From Terriglobales bacterium (lineage in GTDB: Bacteria > Acidobacteriota > Terriglobia > Terriglobales > Acidobacteriaceae), in assembly GCA_035573675.1 (NCBI GenBank), contig DATMAB010000020.1, forward strand, positions 88,408 through 152,407: 64,000 bases of DNA, in the 5' to 3' direction. Made by a program: the position numbers and the translations under genes. This document shows positions 1-9,871 of the stretch, piece by piece; the first letter of the stretch is position 1; every line of letters starts with the position of its first letter. The notes under the pieces are model-generated. The model was not told the DNA's origin. It made no database searches and saw only the letters and a program-made list of their open reading frames with translations.

Positions 1-1254
1 CTCAAGCAGAAGAAAATCGTCAACACGCGCGAAGTCATCCGCTTCGACCTGGACGGGCTCTCGGCACAACTGCCGCCGAGCAAGCGCATCCTGAGTTTCG
101 AGCTGTGGCAAGAGGAACTGCCGCGCACGACCACGCGCAAACTGAAGCGCTACCAGATCCGCAAGAGCGTGCTGGAAGGAGCCGCAGCCGCCGAAGCCGA
201 AGCGTCCCCGGTGCGCGAGCTTTCGAGCGAGGACGCGGCCTGGCTGGACGAGCCCGATGTGCAGCGCGCCCTGCGCGTGGTGCGCGAGGCGGCTCGTGAA
301 AAGAAAGAATCCATCCATCCCAACGACAACCTGGAACTCGACCTGGGGCTTGACTCCATGGAGCGGGTGGAACTGCTGGTGGCGCTGGAGCAGGAGCTGG
401 GCGCTTCGGTGGACGATTCGGTGGTTTCCGAGGTCTACACCGTGCGCGACCTGGTGGATGCGGTGCGCAAGGGCATGGGCGCCGAGGGCGCGAAGCGCGC
501 CTCGTTTCCCGGCTGGGAGGCCGTGCTCGCCACCGACACCGACGACCCCGAGGTCACGGCCATCACGGAGCCGCGGCCCATCTCGACCGCGGCCATCTTC
601 CTGCTGGGACGCGCCGTCAACTTGTTCTTGCGTGACGCCTTCCGGTTGAAGGTGATCGGCCTCGAGAAACTGCCGAAGCATGGTCCCTTCCTGCTCTCCC
701 CAAACCACCAGAGCTACCTGGAAGCGCCCATCCTGCCGACGCTGTTGCCCTGGAGTCTGTGGAAAGACATGTTCTACGTGGGGACGAGCGAGATTTTCGG
801 CGAAGGGATTTTTCGCAGGATCGCGCGCCTCATCAAGCTGATCCCGGTGGACCCGGATGCGAACCTGGTGCGGGCGATGCGGGCCGGGGCTTATGGGCTG
901 CGGCGCGGCATGGTGCTCACCCTGTATCCCGAAGGCGAGCGCTCCATCGATGGTCGTCCGAAGACGTTCAAGAAGGGCGCCGCCATCCTCTCCTATCACC
1001 TGCAGGTGCCCATCTACCCGGTGGCGGTGGAGGGCTTCTACGAGGCCTGGCCGCGCGGCAAGCCGTTCCAGAAGTTCGCCGACTTGAAGATCATGTTCGG
1101 CGATCCCATCTATCCACCGAAGAAGGGCGGCAACCCGGAGCTGGTCTACGACCAGATTACGCGCGAGCTGCGCGCCCGCGTGGTTGCGATGTGGCTGAAG
1201 CTGCGCGGAGAAGAACCGGACCAAGCCGACCGGTTGGACCAAGCGGCAGACTGA
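1..1254 (+). CDS. 3' part of a fused acyl-AMP ligase / acyl-carrier / PlsC-type acyltransferase (Aas-like); 5' end lies outside the window
   Basis: Frame 1 is open from nt 1 and reads ...ELPRTTTRKLKRYQI, typical of an adenylate-forming enzyme C-terminus. It continues with a carrier-domain motif (LDLGLDSMERVEL) and acyltransferase motifs (NHQSYLE as an HX4D-like box, YPEGERS as a PEG box). The stop is at 1252-1254. Confidence 0.75.
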   Translation, partial: LKQKKIVNTREVIRFDLDGLSAQLPPSKRILSFELWQEELPRTTTRKLKRYQIRKSVLEGAAAAEAEASPVRELSSEDAAWLDEPDVQRALRVVREAAREKKESIHPNDNLELDLGLDSMERVELLVALEQELGASVDDSVVSEVYTVRDLVDAVRKGMGAEGAKRASFPGWEAVLATDTDDPEVTAITEPRPISTAAIFLLGRAVNLFLRDAFRLKVIGLEKLPKHGPFLLSPNHQSYLEAPILPTLLPWSLWKDMFYVGTSEIFGEGIFRRIARLIKLIPVDPDANLVRAMRAGAYGLRRGMVLTLYPEGERSIDGRPKTFKKGAAILSYHLQVPIYPVAVEGFYEAWPRGKPFQKFADLKIMFGDPIYPPKKGGNPELVYDQITRELRARVVAMWLKLRGEEPDQADRLDQAAD

Positions 1255-1263
1255 AAACATCAA

Positions 1264-1346
1264 CCACAAAGGACACGAAGGAATACAAAGGGATTTCAGC
1301 GACTTTCTTTGCTCCTTTCCTTTGTGAACTTTCGTGGACTTTGTGG
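1264..1346. terminator. Long imperfect hairpin between convergent genes; possible bidirectional terminator
   Basis: CCACAAAG (1264-1271) pairs with CTTTGTGG (1339-1346). Inner arms also pair: CACGAAGG/CTTTCGTG and ACAAAGG/CCTTTGT. The hairpin lies between the stop at 1254 (+) and the stop at 1355 (-). No classical T-run follows it. Confidence 0.4.
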
Positions 1347-1354
1347 TTAGACTC

Positions 1355-2278
1355 TTACTTTGCCCGGGGATGGGTGTCGTCGTACACCTTCAGCATGTGC
1401 TTGACGGAGAGCTGCGTGTAGCGCTGGGTGGTGGCGAGGCGCTCGTGGCCCAGCAGCTCCTGGATGGCGCGCAGGTCGGCGCCTTCTTCCAGCATGTGGG
1501 TGCCGAAGGCGTGGCGCAGCGTGTGCGGGTGAACGTCGGCGGAAAGACCGCGCGCCAGCGCGATACGTTTGACAATGCGGCCCACACTGCGTGTGGTGAG
1601 TCTTCCGCCGCGGCGATTCACCAGCAACGCGGAGCAGGAGCGCTTGAGCGCCGCCAGCCTCTCCCGCCGAACCGGCAGGTACGCGGCGAGCGCGGCGCGG
1701 GCCACCTCGCCGAACGGCACCAGTCGCTCCTTCTTCCCTTTGCCGCGCACCAGCAGAGCTTCGTTCGACCACTGCACATCTTCCAGATCGAGGCCGACCA
1801 GCTCAGAGTTGCGCAGTCCGCATCCGTACAGCAGCTCGAGGATCAAGTGGTCGCGCTCGGGGAAGGCGGTCTCGTTGGCCATGGGAGCGTCGAGCATGGA
1901 GTTCATTTCCTCGACCGTAGGGACGCGCGGCAGCTTCTTGGGCAGCCGCGGCGTCGAGACCAGCACGGCGGGATTCTGCTCCACCATGCCTTCACGCGCC
2001 ATCCAGCGATAGAGCGAGCGCAGTGCGGCCAGGGCGCGCGCGACCGAGGTCTTGCTGAGTCCCCGGTGATAAAGGTGCGAGAGGAAGGCGCGGATGCGAA
2101 GATGGTCGATGGCGGGCCAGTCGGCATCCGGGCCAGCCCAGGCGGCAAAACGCCCCAGGTCCTGACGATAAGCGCGCAGCGTGTGCCGCGAGGCGCGGCG
2201 CTCGGATTCGAGCGCGCGGAGGAACTGGACAATGGCGCGCGGGACAGGACCGCGCGGGCTGGACTTTCTCTTGCTCAT
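1355..2278 (-). CDS. xerC: Tyrosine site-specific recombinase, XerC-like
   Basis: Taken from the ORF 1355..2902, starting at MSKRKSS (ATG at 2278). It carries tyrosine recombinase catalytic motifs: ...RNSEL..., [37 protein letters not shown]. The ORF portion upstream of 2278 is Arg/Pro-rich junk that overlaps xerD. Confidence 0.8.
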   Translation of the reverse strand: MSKRKSSPRGPVPRAIVQFLRALESERRASRHTLRAYRQDLGRFAAWAGPDADWPAIDHLRIRAFLSHLYHRGLSKTSVARALAALRSLYRWMAREGMVEQNPAVLVSTPRLPKKLPRVPTVEEMNSMLDAPMANETAFPERDHLILELLYGCGLRNSELVGLDLEDVQWSNEALLVRGKGKKERLVPFGEVARAALAAYLPVRRERLAALKRSCSALLVNRRGGRLTTRSVGRIVKRIALARGLSADVHPHTLRHAFGTHMLEEGADLRAIQELLGHERLATTQRYTQLSVKHMLKVYDDTHPRAK

Positions 2279-3333
2279 TCCTTTTCCTTCGCCACGGCGG
2301 TTTTGAATCGGGCACGCGCCCGCGGATGGTGGCTGCGGTAGACGTGCTTCAAGCGGTCGAGGGCCACGTGCGTATAGACCTGCGTGGTGGAGATGTCGGC
2401 GTGGCCCAGGATGGACTGCACGGTGCGCAGGTCGGCGCCGCCTTCCACCATGTGCGTAGCACAACTGTGACGCAACATGTGCGGGCTGGCACGGCGCCCG
2501 CCAGCGGACGAGGCGCGCACCATCTGCCACACGCGCTGGCGCGAAAGGCGACGGGCGCCGCGGGCAATGAACAGCAGCGGCGAGGCCTTGCCTGCGGCCA
2601 GCACGGAGCGGCCCTGATCGAGGTACAGGCGCAAGGCGTCGAGCGCGGGACGGCCCAGCGGCACGATGCGTTCCTTGTCTCCCTTGCCACGGACCAGCAC
2701 GTAGCCGAGGTCGAGCTTGAGGTCTTCCTGACCGACGCCGATGATTTCCGAGACGCGCAACGCGCCTCCATAGAACATCTCCAGCATGGCGCGGTCGCGG
2801 AGCGTGAGGGCCTGCGCCAACGGCGTGTCTTCCGCCCGAGGCGGGCCGGCGAGAAGGGCTTTTACGTCGTCGCGCGCCAGCGACTTGGGCAGCACCTTCC
2901 ACTGGCGCGGCGCATCGATGTTCAACGTTGGGTCGCGGGTGACATGGCGGTCCAGAAGCAAATAGCGGTAGAGATGGCGGAGGGTCGAAAGCTTGCGCGC
3001 CACCGACCGGCCATCTACGGCGAGCGAGAACAGGTGGTCAAGGAAGTCGCGGACGTCGGCACGGCGCGCGTGGGCAAGTCCGCGCTTCTTGCGAGCAAGG
3101 AACTCGCCGAACTGGGTGACATCGCGCGTGTAGGCCGCGATGCTCAGCCTCGCCAGTCCCTTCTCTACCCGCAGGTAGTCGGCAAAGCCGGCGAGCAGGC
3201 GCTGGTCCGGGGCGGAAAGGGCTGCGGCTCCCATAACCGAAGTATGCGCGTTATCAGACGCAGAAAGGAATAGCAATTCGGGTGCGGGATGGCCGACAGT
3301 TCGTCCCAGCGTGGTGTCCGAGTCGTTTGACAC
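2275..3333 (-). CDS. xerD: Tyrosine site-specific recombinase, XerD-like
   Basis: Motifs are LRVSE..., [40 protein letters not shown]. Its stop overlaps the xerC start in an ATGA overlap at 2275-2278. The start is uncertain; an alternative ATG at 3234 gives MGAAALS. Confidence 0.8.
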   Translation of the reverse strand: MSNDSDTTLGRTVGHPAPELLFLSASDNAHTSVMGAAALSAPDQRLLAGFADYLRVEKGLARLSIAAYTRDVTQFGEFLARKKRGLAHARRADVRDFLDHLFSLAVDGRSVARKLSTLRHLYRYLLLDRHVTRDPTLNIDAPRQWKVLPKSLARDDVKALLAGPPRAEDTPLAQALTLRDRAMLEMFYGGALRVSEIIGVGQEDLKLDLGYVLVRGKGDKERIVPLGRPALDALRLYLDQGRSVLAAGKASPLLFIARGARRLSRQRVWQMVRASSAGGRRASPHMLRHSCATHMVEGGADLRTVQSILGHADISTTQVYTHVALDRLKHVYRSHHPRARARFKTAVAKEKE

Positions 3334-3404
3334 GGTTTTTCGCCGCCATTTAGCCTGTTGCTCCTACCGTTTCCCGTGGAAATTCCCGAACGTTCGGAGG
3401 TCGG

Positions 3405-4931
3405 ATGAAACTTCAACGGCCCAAACTCATCGATCTGCTGACGGTGCTGCTGCTGGCTGCGCTGAGCGCGGCGGCGCAGGATGTTGCCTCCTTCGAGAAG
3501 CGCATCACGGTGAAGAAGCTGGAGAACGGCCTGACGGTGCTGATCTGCGAGCGTCCCGAAGCGCCCGTGTTCTCCTACTTCACCCACGTGGATGTGGGCG
3601 CCGTGCAGGAAGTGCCGGGCATCACCGGCCTGGCCCACATGTTCGAGCACATGGCCTTCAAGGGCACGGACAAGATCGGCACCAAGGATTACGCCAAAGA
3701 AAAAGCGGCCCTGGAGAAAGTGGAGCAGGCCTTTGCCGCCTATGATCGGGAGCGCCTGAAGCGCGTGGGCCGCGATGACGCCAAGGTCAAGGAACTGGAA
3801 AAAGCCTGGAAGGACGCCATCGCCGAGGCCAACCAGTACGCCTTACCGGACGAGTTCGAAGAGATCATCGAGCGCGAGGGCGGAGTGGGCGTCAACGCTT
3901 TCACGAACTGGGACGAGACCGGCTACTTCTACTCGCTGCCCGTGAACCGGCTCGAGCTGTGGGCCTATCTGGAGTCGGAGCGCTACCTGCATCCCGTGAT
4001 GCGCGAGTTCTACAAAGAGCGCGACGTCGTCTTCGAGGAGCGCCGCATGCGCACCGACAGCCAGCCGGTGGGGAGGCTGGTGGAGCAGTTCCTGGCGGCT
4101 GCGTTCACGGCCCACGGGTATCACCGGCCGGTGGTCGGCTACGCCTCCGACCTGATGTCCTTCTCCGCCACCGATGCGGAGGAGTTCCGCCGCAAGTATT
4201 ACGTTCCGGCGAACATGGTGGTGGCCGTGGTGGGTGACGTCAAAGCGGCGGAGGCTTTGCCCATCATCGAGAAATACTTCGGGAGGCTGCCCAACACACC
4301 CAAGCCTGAGCCGGTGCGCACCCAGGAGCCGCCACAGAACGCGGAGCGCACGGTCATCCTGCGCGACCAGGCGCAGCCGTTTTATCTGGAGGGCTACCAC
4401 CGCCCGGATGTGCTGGATCCCGACGACGTCGTCTACGACGCCATCAGCGACATTCTTTCCAAGGGAAGAACGTCCCGCCTGTACCGCTCGCTGGTGCGGG
4501 ATAAGAAAATCGCCGTGGCCGCCGCCGGCTTCAGTCCGTTCCCCGGAGCGAAGTACCCGCACCTGTTCGCATTCTTCGCGGTGCCCACGCCCGGACATAC
4601 CAACCAGGAGTGCGCGGATGCCATCCACCAGGAGATCGAGCGCCTGAAGACCGAGGACGTGAGCGACGAAGAATTACAGAGCGTCAAGACGCGGGCCAAG
4701 GCCGACCTGATCCGGCAGCTCGACAGCAACCAGGGACTGGCGTTGCAACTGGCCACCTTCGAGCGCCGCTTCGGAGACTGGCGCGAGCTGTTCCGCCAGG
4801 TGGAGCGCATCGAAAAAGTGAGCAAAGCGGACATCCGCCGCGTGGCTAACGCGGTCTTTCGCGACACCAATCGCACCGTGGGGATGATTGAGACGGTGAA
4901 GCCGGCCGCCGCCCCGAAGGGAGGCCAGTAA
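3405..4931 (+). CDS. M16 family (pitrilysin/insulinase-like) zinc peptidase, active-type subunit, secreted
   Basis: It has an N-terminal signal-like segment and the inverted zinc motif HMFEHMAFKG (HxxEH). The downstream glutamate region ERDVVFEERR is present. Confidence 0.85.
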   Translation: MKLQRPKLIDLLTVLLLAALSAAAQDVASFEKRITVKKLENGLTVLICERPEAPVFSYFTHVDVGAVQEVPGITGLAHMFEHMAFKGTDKIGTKDYAKEKAALEKVEQAFAAYDRERLKRVGRDDAKVKELEKAWKDAIAEANQYALPDEFEEIIEREGGVGVNAFTNWDETGYFYSLPVNRLELWAYLESERYLHPVMREFYKERDVVFEERRMRTDSQPVGRLVEQFLAAAFTAHGYHRPVVGYASDLMSFSATDAEEFRRKYYVPANMVVAVVGDVKAAEALPIIEKYFGRLPNTPKPEPVRTQEPPQNAERTVILRDQAQPFYLEGYHRPDVLDPDDVVYDAISDILSKGRTSRLYRSLVRDKKIAVAAAGFSPFPGAKYPHLFAFFAVPTPGHTNQECADAIHQEIERLKTEDVSDEELQSVKTRAKADLIRQLDSNQGLALQLATFERRFGDWRELFRQVERIEKVSKADIRRVANAVFRDTNRTVGMIETVKPAAAPKGGQ

Positions 4932-7090
4932 TGACTCAGCTCAGGCGACTCCGTTCCGTGACGGCGCTCCTGGCCCTCTGCCTGTGGGCCTGCGGGCACG
5001 CTGCCGGCCAGGCCACCGACTGGAAGCAGATCAGCCGGCCGCCGCTGCCTCCGTTCCATCCGCAGCAGCCGGTGCGCGTCGTACTGCCCAACGGCATGGT
5101 GATCTTCCTGCAGGAGGACCATGAACTGCCGCTCATCGAGGGCCAGGCTACAGTCCGCGGCGGCTCGCGCGAGGAGCCCGCGGCCAAGGTCGGCTTGGTC
5201 AGCATCTACGGCGAGGTCTGGCGCACGGGCGGCACCAAGTCCAAAACCGGCGACCAGCTCGATGACTTCCTGGAAGCGCGTGGCGCGCGCGTGGAGAGCG
5301 GAGATGGAGTGGACAGCACCAATCTCTCCTTCTCCTGCCTCAAGGGCGATTTCGACGACGTGTTCGCGATATTCACCGAGCTGCTGCAGCAGCCGGAGTT
5401 CCGAGAAGACAAGATCACACTGGCCAAGACGCAGGAGAACACGGCCATCGCGCGGCGCAATGACAACGTGCAGGGCATCGCCGGCCGCGAGGCCAGCAAG
5501 CTTGGCTATGGGGCGGAAAATCCCTACGCGCGCCACACCGAATATGCCACGGTAGCCGCGGTCACGCGGGACGACCTGCTGAACTGGCACAAGCAGTATG
5601 TCCATCCCAACAACATCATTCTGGGAATCGTCGGCGATTTCGATGCCAAAGCCATGGAAGCCAGGCTGCGCAAAGCCTTTGCCGCCTGGCCGAAAGGACC
5701 GCAGGCCAGGCCGGCTGCCATCGAGTACCAACCGGCCAAGCCGGGCGTGTATTTCGTCGCCAAGGACGATGTGAACCAGAGCGAGATCCGCATGGTCCAC
5801 CTGGGCATCAGGCGCGACAACCCGGACTACTTCGCGGTCGAGGTGATGAACGAAGTGTTCGGCACCAGCGCACTGGCGCGGTTGTTCACCAGCATCCGCT
5901 CGCGCAAGGGCCTGGCCTATGCCGTCGGCGGAGGTGTGCGCAGCGCCTTCGACCATCCCGGGCTCTTCAGCATCACCATGAGCACCAAGAGCAACACCAC
6001 GGTCGAGGCCATTCACGCTCTGTACGAGGAGATCGACAATTTCCTCGGACCCAGGCCGGCTACGGAGGAAGAGCTCAAGCGGGCCAAAGACGGCATCCTG
6101 AACTCCTTCGTCTTCAACTTCGATAGCAAGGGAAAAGTCCTGAGGGAGAGGATGCGGCTGGAATTCTACGGGTACCCCGCCGACTTCCTGGAGCGCTACC
6201 AGGCCGCAATCGAGAAGGTGACTGTGGACGATGTCAACCGCGTCGCCAGGAAATACATTCAGAAAGACAAGCTGGCGGTCCTGGTGGTAGGCAAAGCGGC
6301 GGACTTCGACAAGCCTCTGGCCAGCCTGGGAACCGTGACCGCGCTCGACGTCACCATACCGGAAGCCGGACCCAAGACGCCGGCGGTGGCGGGCTCGAAC
6401 GCGGAGGGCAAGGCGTTGGCAGCCAAGGTGGTGCAGGCTTTGGGCGGGGCCGAGAAGCTGCGCGCCATCAAGGCAATCCGAAGAAAAGGGACCTCTATCA
6501 ACAAGACGCCGCAGGGCGAGATGGCCTTCCGCGAGGAAGGCATCGTGGTGTACCCGGACCGCAGTTGGACGAAAGTCACTCTGCCCATGGGCGAGATGAC
6601 CATTGTCATCTCACCCGAGGCGTCCTTCATGGCCATGGGAGGCATGCCTCCGCGGGAAGTTCCGGGCCCCATGAAGCAGGAGGGCGTCAGCGACATCAAG
6701 CGCGACCTGGTCTTCATCGCCCAGAATGTGGAAAACCCCAAGTTCGTCTTCGCGGCAGCGGGCACGGAGAAAATCGGGGAGACTGAAGCGGCCGTCCTGG
6801 AGATCAACGCCGACGGCACCCCCTTGCGCTGGTATGTCGATCCGCAGAGCGGCAGAGTGTTGCGAGCCGCCTACCGTGCGTCCAGCATGACCGGACCCGT
6901 GGACCGTGTTGAAGACTACTCCGACTGGCGCGAGGTCGACGGGCTGCGCGTGCCCTTTAAATCCAAGTCAACCGACAACGGCGCAGAGGTGGGCTCAAGC
7001 GAGAAGCTGGAACTGGAGGTTAATCCGGTCATCGATCCCAAGCTGTTCGAGAAACCAGCCGAAGCGGCTGCACAACAGCCTTCGAACTGA
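4931..7090 (+). CDS. M16 family peptidase-like protein lacking HxxEH, with an extra C-terminal domain of about 240 aa
   Basis: It overlaps the upstream M16 gene by 1 nt (TAATG) and has a signal peptide. The M16 fold signature region is NGMVIFLQEDHELP, with no HxxEH motif. Residues from about 470 to 719 extend beyond a normal M16 pair. Confidence 0.8.
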   Translation: MTQLRRLRSVTALLALCLWACGHAAGQATDWKQISRPPLPPFHPQQPVRVVLPNGMVIFLQEDHELPLIEGQATVRGGSREEPAAKVGLVSIYGEVWRTGGTKSKTGDQLDDFLEARGARVESGDGVDSTNLSFSCLKGDFDDVFAIFTELLQQPEFREDKITLAKTQENTAIARRNDNVQGIAGREASKLGYGAENPYARHTEYATVAAVTRDDLLNWHKQYVHPNNIILGIVGDFDAKAMEARLRKAFAAWPKGPQARPAAIEYQPAKPGVYFVAKDDVNQSEIRMVHLGIRRDNPDYFAVEVMNEVFGTSALARLFTSIRSRKGLAYAVGGGVRSAFDHPGLFSITMSTKSNTTVEAIHALYEEIDNFLGPRPATEEELKRAKDGILNSFVFNFDSKGKVLRERMRLEFYGYPADFLERYQAAIEKVTVDDVNRVARKYIQKDKLAVLVVGKAADFDKPLASLGTVTALDVTIPEAGPKTPAVAGSNAEGKALAAKVVQALGGAEKLRAIKAIRRKGTSINKTPQGEMAFREEGIVVYPDRSWTKVTLPMGEMTIVISPEASFMAMGGMPPREVPGPMKQEGVSDIKRDLVFIAQNVENPKFVFAAAGTEKIGETEAAVLEINADGTPLRWYVDPQSGRVLRAAYRASSMTGPVDRVEDYSDWREVDGLRVPFKSKSTDNGAEVGSSEKLELEVNPVIDPKLFEKPAEAAAQQPSN

Positions 7091-7105
7091 GGCTCCAAGC
7101 ACCGG

Positions 7106-7135
7106 ACGGCCCAGAAACCTGGGCCGTTTTTCTTT
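7106..7135 (+). terminator. Rho-independent terminator after the M16 pair
   Basis: The stem is ACGGCCCAG/CTGGGCCGT with loop AAAC, followed by TTTTTCTTT. Confidence 0.85.
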
Positions 7136-7202
7136 GCACGGGAATGGGCTTGACAGCCACGGAGGCCCGGCGTTACGTTAGGCGAACAAAAGGCGAAAAG
7201 TC

Positions 7203-8216
7203 ATGACGCCTTCGGCCGCACTCCCGTTCCCTTCCCCGCAGGACCAGCCTCCGCGCCTGGTCGGCATCGCGCGGCTTGCCGCCGAAAGCAAGGCGCTTTC
7301 CGAAGGCCATCAGGTTGAGTACCGCACGCTCGATGCCCGCAGCTTGCTGAACCGCTGCGAATCGCCGCGCATGCCGTTTCGCTGGACCATCAATCCTTAC
7401 CGCGGCTGCGAATTCGGCTGCCACTACTGTTATGCCCGCTACACCCACGAGTTCATGGAGCTGCGCGACGGCCGCGACTTCGAGCGCGTGATCTACGCCA
7501 AGCAGAACGCAGCCTGGATGCTGCGCCGCGACCTGCGGCAGGTAAGAGCGGGCGAGCTGATCGCCATCGGGACGGCCACCGATCCCTACCAGCCGGCGGA
7601 GCGACGCTACGGTGTGACGCGCTCCATCCTGGAAGAACTGGCGCAGCACCGCGGGCTGAATCTCAGCATGGTCACCAAGTCCAACCTGATCTTGCGGGAT
7701 GTGGACCTGCTACGGCGCCTCAGCGAGCGCAACCGCTTCTCGGTCCTGCTGACGATAACCACTACGGATGCGACGCTGGCCCGTCTGCTTGAGCCGCGCG
7801 CACCGCGTCCCGATCTGCGCCTGGAGGCGGTTCGCGGGCTGGTCGAAGCCGGGATCGAGGCTGGCGTGATGTGCGCGCCCATCCTGCCGGGCATCACCGA
7901 TTCACCGCAAAATCTGGAGAACGTGGTCCGCGCGGCAGCCAACGCCGGCGCACGCATGGTTGCGAACAATGCTCTGTTCCTCAAGCCGTGCTCCCTGCAG
8001 GTGTTCCTGCCGTTGGTCGAGGAGCACTTCCCTCACCTGGCCTCGCAGTACCGGCGGCTTTACGCCAAACGAGCGTACCTGCCGGACCACTACCGGCGCG
8101 AGACCTCACAACTCATGACCGGGCTGCGCCGAAGATATGGGGTCGACAAGCGGCGCGCGCAAAGCGTGGCGTACGCGCATGAGCGGATGACCGAGCAGCA
8201 ACTGGGACTGTTCTGA
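7203..8216 (+). CDS. Radical SAM protein (PA0069-like family)
   Basis: The motif NPYRGCEFGCHYCYARY contains the CxxxCxxC radical SAM cluster motif near the N-terminus. Confidence 0.8.
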   Translation: MTPSAALPFPSPQDQPPRLVGIARLAAESKALSEGHQVEYRTLDARSLLNRCESPRMPFRWTINPYRGCEFGCHYCYARYTHEFMELRDGRDFERVIYAKQNAAWMLRRDLRQVRAGELIAIGTATDPYQPAERRYGVTRSILEELAQHRGLNLSMVTKSNLILRDVDLLRRLSERNRFSVLLTITTTDATLARLLEPRAPRPDLRLEAVRGLVEAGIEAGVMCAPILPGITDSPQNLENVVRAAANAGARMVANNALFLKPCSLQVFLPLVEEHFPHLASQYRRLYAKRAYLPDHYRRETSQLMTGLRRRYGVDKRRAQSVAYAHERMTEQQLGLF

Positions 8217-8242
8217 GCGCCTGTGGTCTAATAGCCGCTCTC

Positions 8243-9871
8243 ATGCCCGCCGGCACGTTCGTCCTGATCGCTATTCTGTCCGTTTCTTTGACGGCCCTCT
8301 CCCAGGACGACGCCCTGCTTCGCCAACTCGACGCCAGGGAAGAACAACTGGAGAAACTCTGGGCCGAGTACTGGACCACCGATCGGGAAATCACTCTGGG
8401 GAACGACAAGCTCTCGACCGTGCCCCTCCGGCAACGCATTCGCGACGTGCTCACCGAGCCGGAATTCCTGGCGAAGATGAGATCGGCTGAATTCCAGGAC
8501 GCCACGCTGGAACGGCGCCGCCAGTTCTTCCTTCAGGAGGCGATTGAGGCCCAAATCGCTGCGGACACGGAGTTGGCGCAACTGGTGGAGGAGATCGAGC
8601 GCGACGAAAGCGCCCTCCGCTACCAGGTGGGCGAGCGCAAGCTGACCCGCGCCGAACTGAACAATATCATCGGCCACGAGCCCGATCGCGCCTTGCGCCG
8701 GACGGCCTGGGAGGCGCGAGCGCAGATCACGGCGCTGACAGGTGAACGCGTACGCAAGGCCATGAAGCTGCGCAACGCGCTGGCGCAGCGCCACGCCGGG
8801 CGGGCATTCACCGACTTCATGCTGGAGCGCAAGCAGACGGACCGCAAGGGGTTGATGGCGTGGTTCGAAGAGATCCGGCGTGAGACCGACGCCGACTATC
8901 AGCGCTTGCTCGAACGCATCCGCCGCGAGCTGAAGGTGGAGAAGGTCGAGCCCTGGGATTTGGAGTTCTACTTTTCCACCATCACCGGCGAGTTCGAGCA
9001 GAAGCTGCTACCGGCCGAAGAAGCCTGGCCGCGTATTCAGAAGCTGAGCCGGGCGCTGGGCTTCGATTTCGAGACGCTGGGCACGGACGTGGTGATTGCT
9101 GACATCACGTTTGGCGGCGGCACCTACCCTATCTACTACGGCAAGCAGGCGCGCATCGTAGTGAACAAGTACAAGGGCGTACGCTTCACCGACACGCTCT
9201 TGCACGAAGCCGGTCACGGACTGCACTTCACGCTGATGCGCGAGCCGTCTTTCCTGCTGCGCGCGAATTACGCCGAAGCCTATGGCGAGGGTCTCGGCCA
9301 GGTGATGGCTCTCCTGCTCTACCGCGACGAAATTGCCGGGCCGTACTTCGGGCTTTCTGCGGAGCAAGTACGCGCAATTCAGGAGCGTTACCGGCTGAAG
9401 TCCATCGTCGACATGCGGGAGACCATGGCGGCTTCCCTGTTCGAGTTTGCCGCCTACGCAAGTCCCAACCAGGACCTGGTCGCGCTCTACAACCGCATCT
9501 ACTCCGAGTATCTCGGCGTGGATATGCACGGTACGGCGACTTGGGCGTTCGATCCGTTCTATTCGACGGGCCCCATCTACCTGCAAAGCTACGTGTTAGC
9601 CGAGATGGTCGGCCGGCAGATTCACCATGCCGTCGACCAGCGCTTTGGACGCAAGTGGGGGCTGGAAGCCGGCCGCTTCCTGCATGAGAAGTTCTTCATG
9701 CGCGGAGGCCGGTTGCCACTGGATGAAATCATGAAGGAAGGCACGGGTGAGCCGCTGACGGCGCGTTACCTGATTGAAGCGATGAAAGACCCGGGAGCGG
9801 CTAGCCGCGCTTCATCCATTCCGCATACAACCGATGGAAGTGGTGCACGCCTTTCTCCTGGCGGACGCTGA
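8243..9871 (+). CDS. Secreted HEXXH zinc metallopeptidase (M3/M32-like oligopeptidase fold suspected)
   Basis: It has an N-terminal signal-like hydrophobic segment and the motif LLHEAGHGLHF. The 3' 71 nt overlap the convergent Rieske gene, so the tail may not all be genuine. Confidence 0.65.
   Translation: MPAGTFVLIAILSVSLTALSQDDALLRQLDAREEQLEKLWAEYWTTDREITLGNDKLSTVPLRQRIRDVLTEPEFLAKMRSAEFQDATLERRRQFFLQEAIEAQIAADTELAQLVEEIERDESALRYQVGERKLTRAELNNIIGHEPDRALRRTAWEARAQITALTGERVRKAMKLRNALAQRHAGRAFTDFMLERKQTDRKGLMAWFEEIRRETDADYQRLLERIRRELKVEKVEPWDLEFYFSTITGEFEQKLLPAEEAWPRIQKLSRALGFDFETLGTDVVIADITFGGGTYPIYYGKQARIVVNKYKGVRFTDTLLHEAGHGLHFTLMREPSFLLRANYAEAYGEGLGQVMALLLYRDEIAGPYFGLSAEQVRAIQERYRLKSIVDMRETMAASLFEFAAYASPNQDLVALYNRIYSEYLGVDMHGTATWAFDPFYSTGPIYLQSYVLAEMVGRQIHHAVDQRFGRKWGLEAGRFLHEKFFMRGGRLPLDEIMKEGTGEPLTARYLIEAMKDPGAASRASSIPHTTDGSGARLSPGGR

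Noticed and set aside
1334-2341. A 335-aa plus-strand ORF, with 2326..3273 as a similar plus-strand ORF
   Set aside because: They are antisense to the xerC-like and xerD-like genes, and their translations are low-complexity Arg/Gly/Ala.
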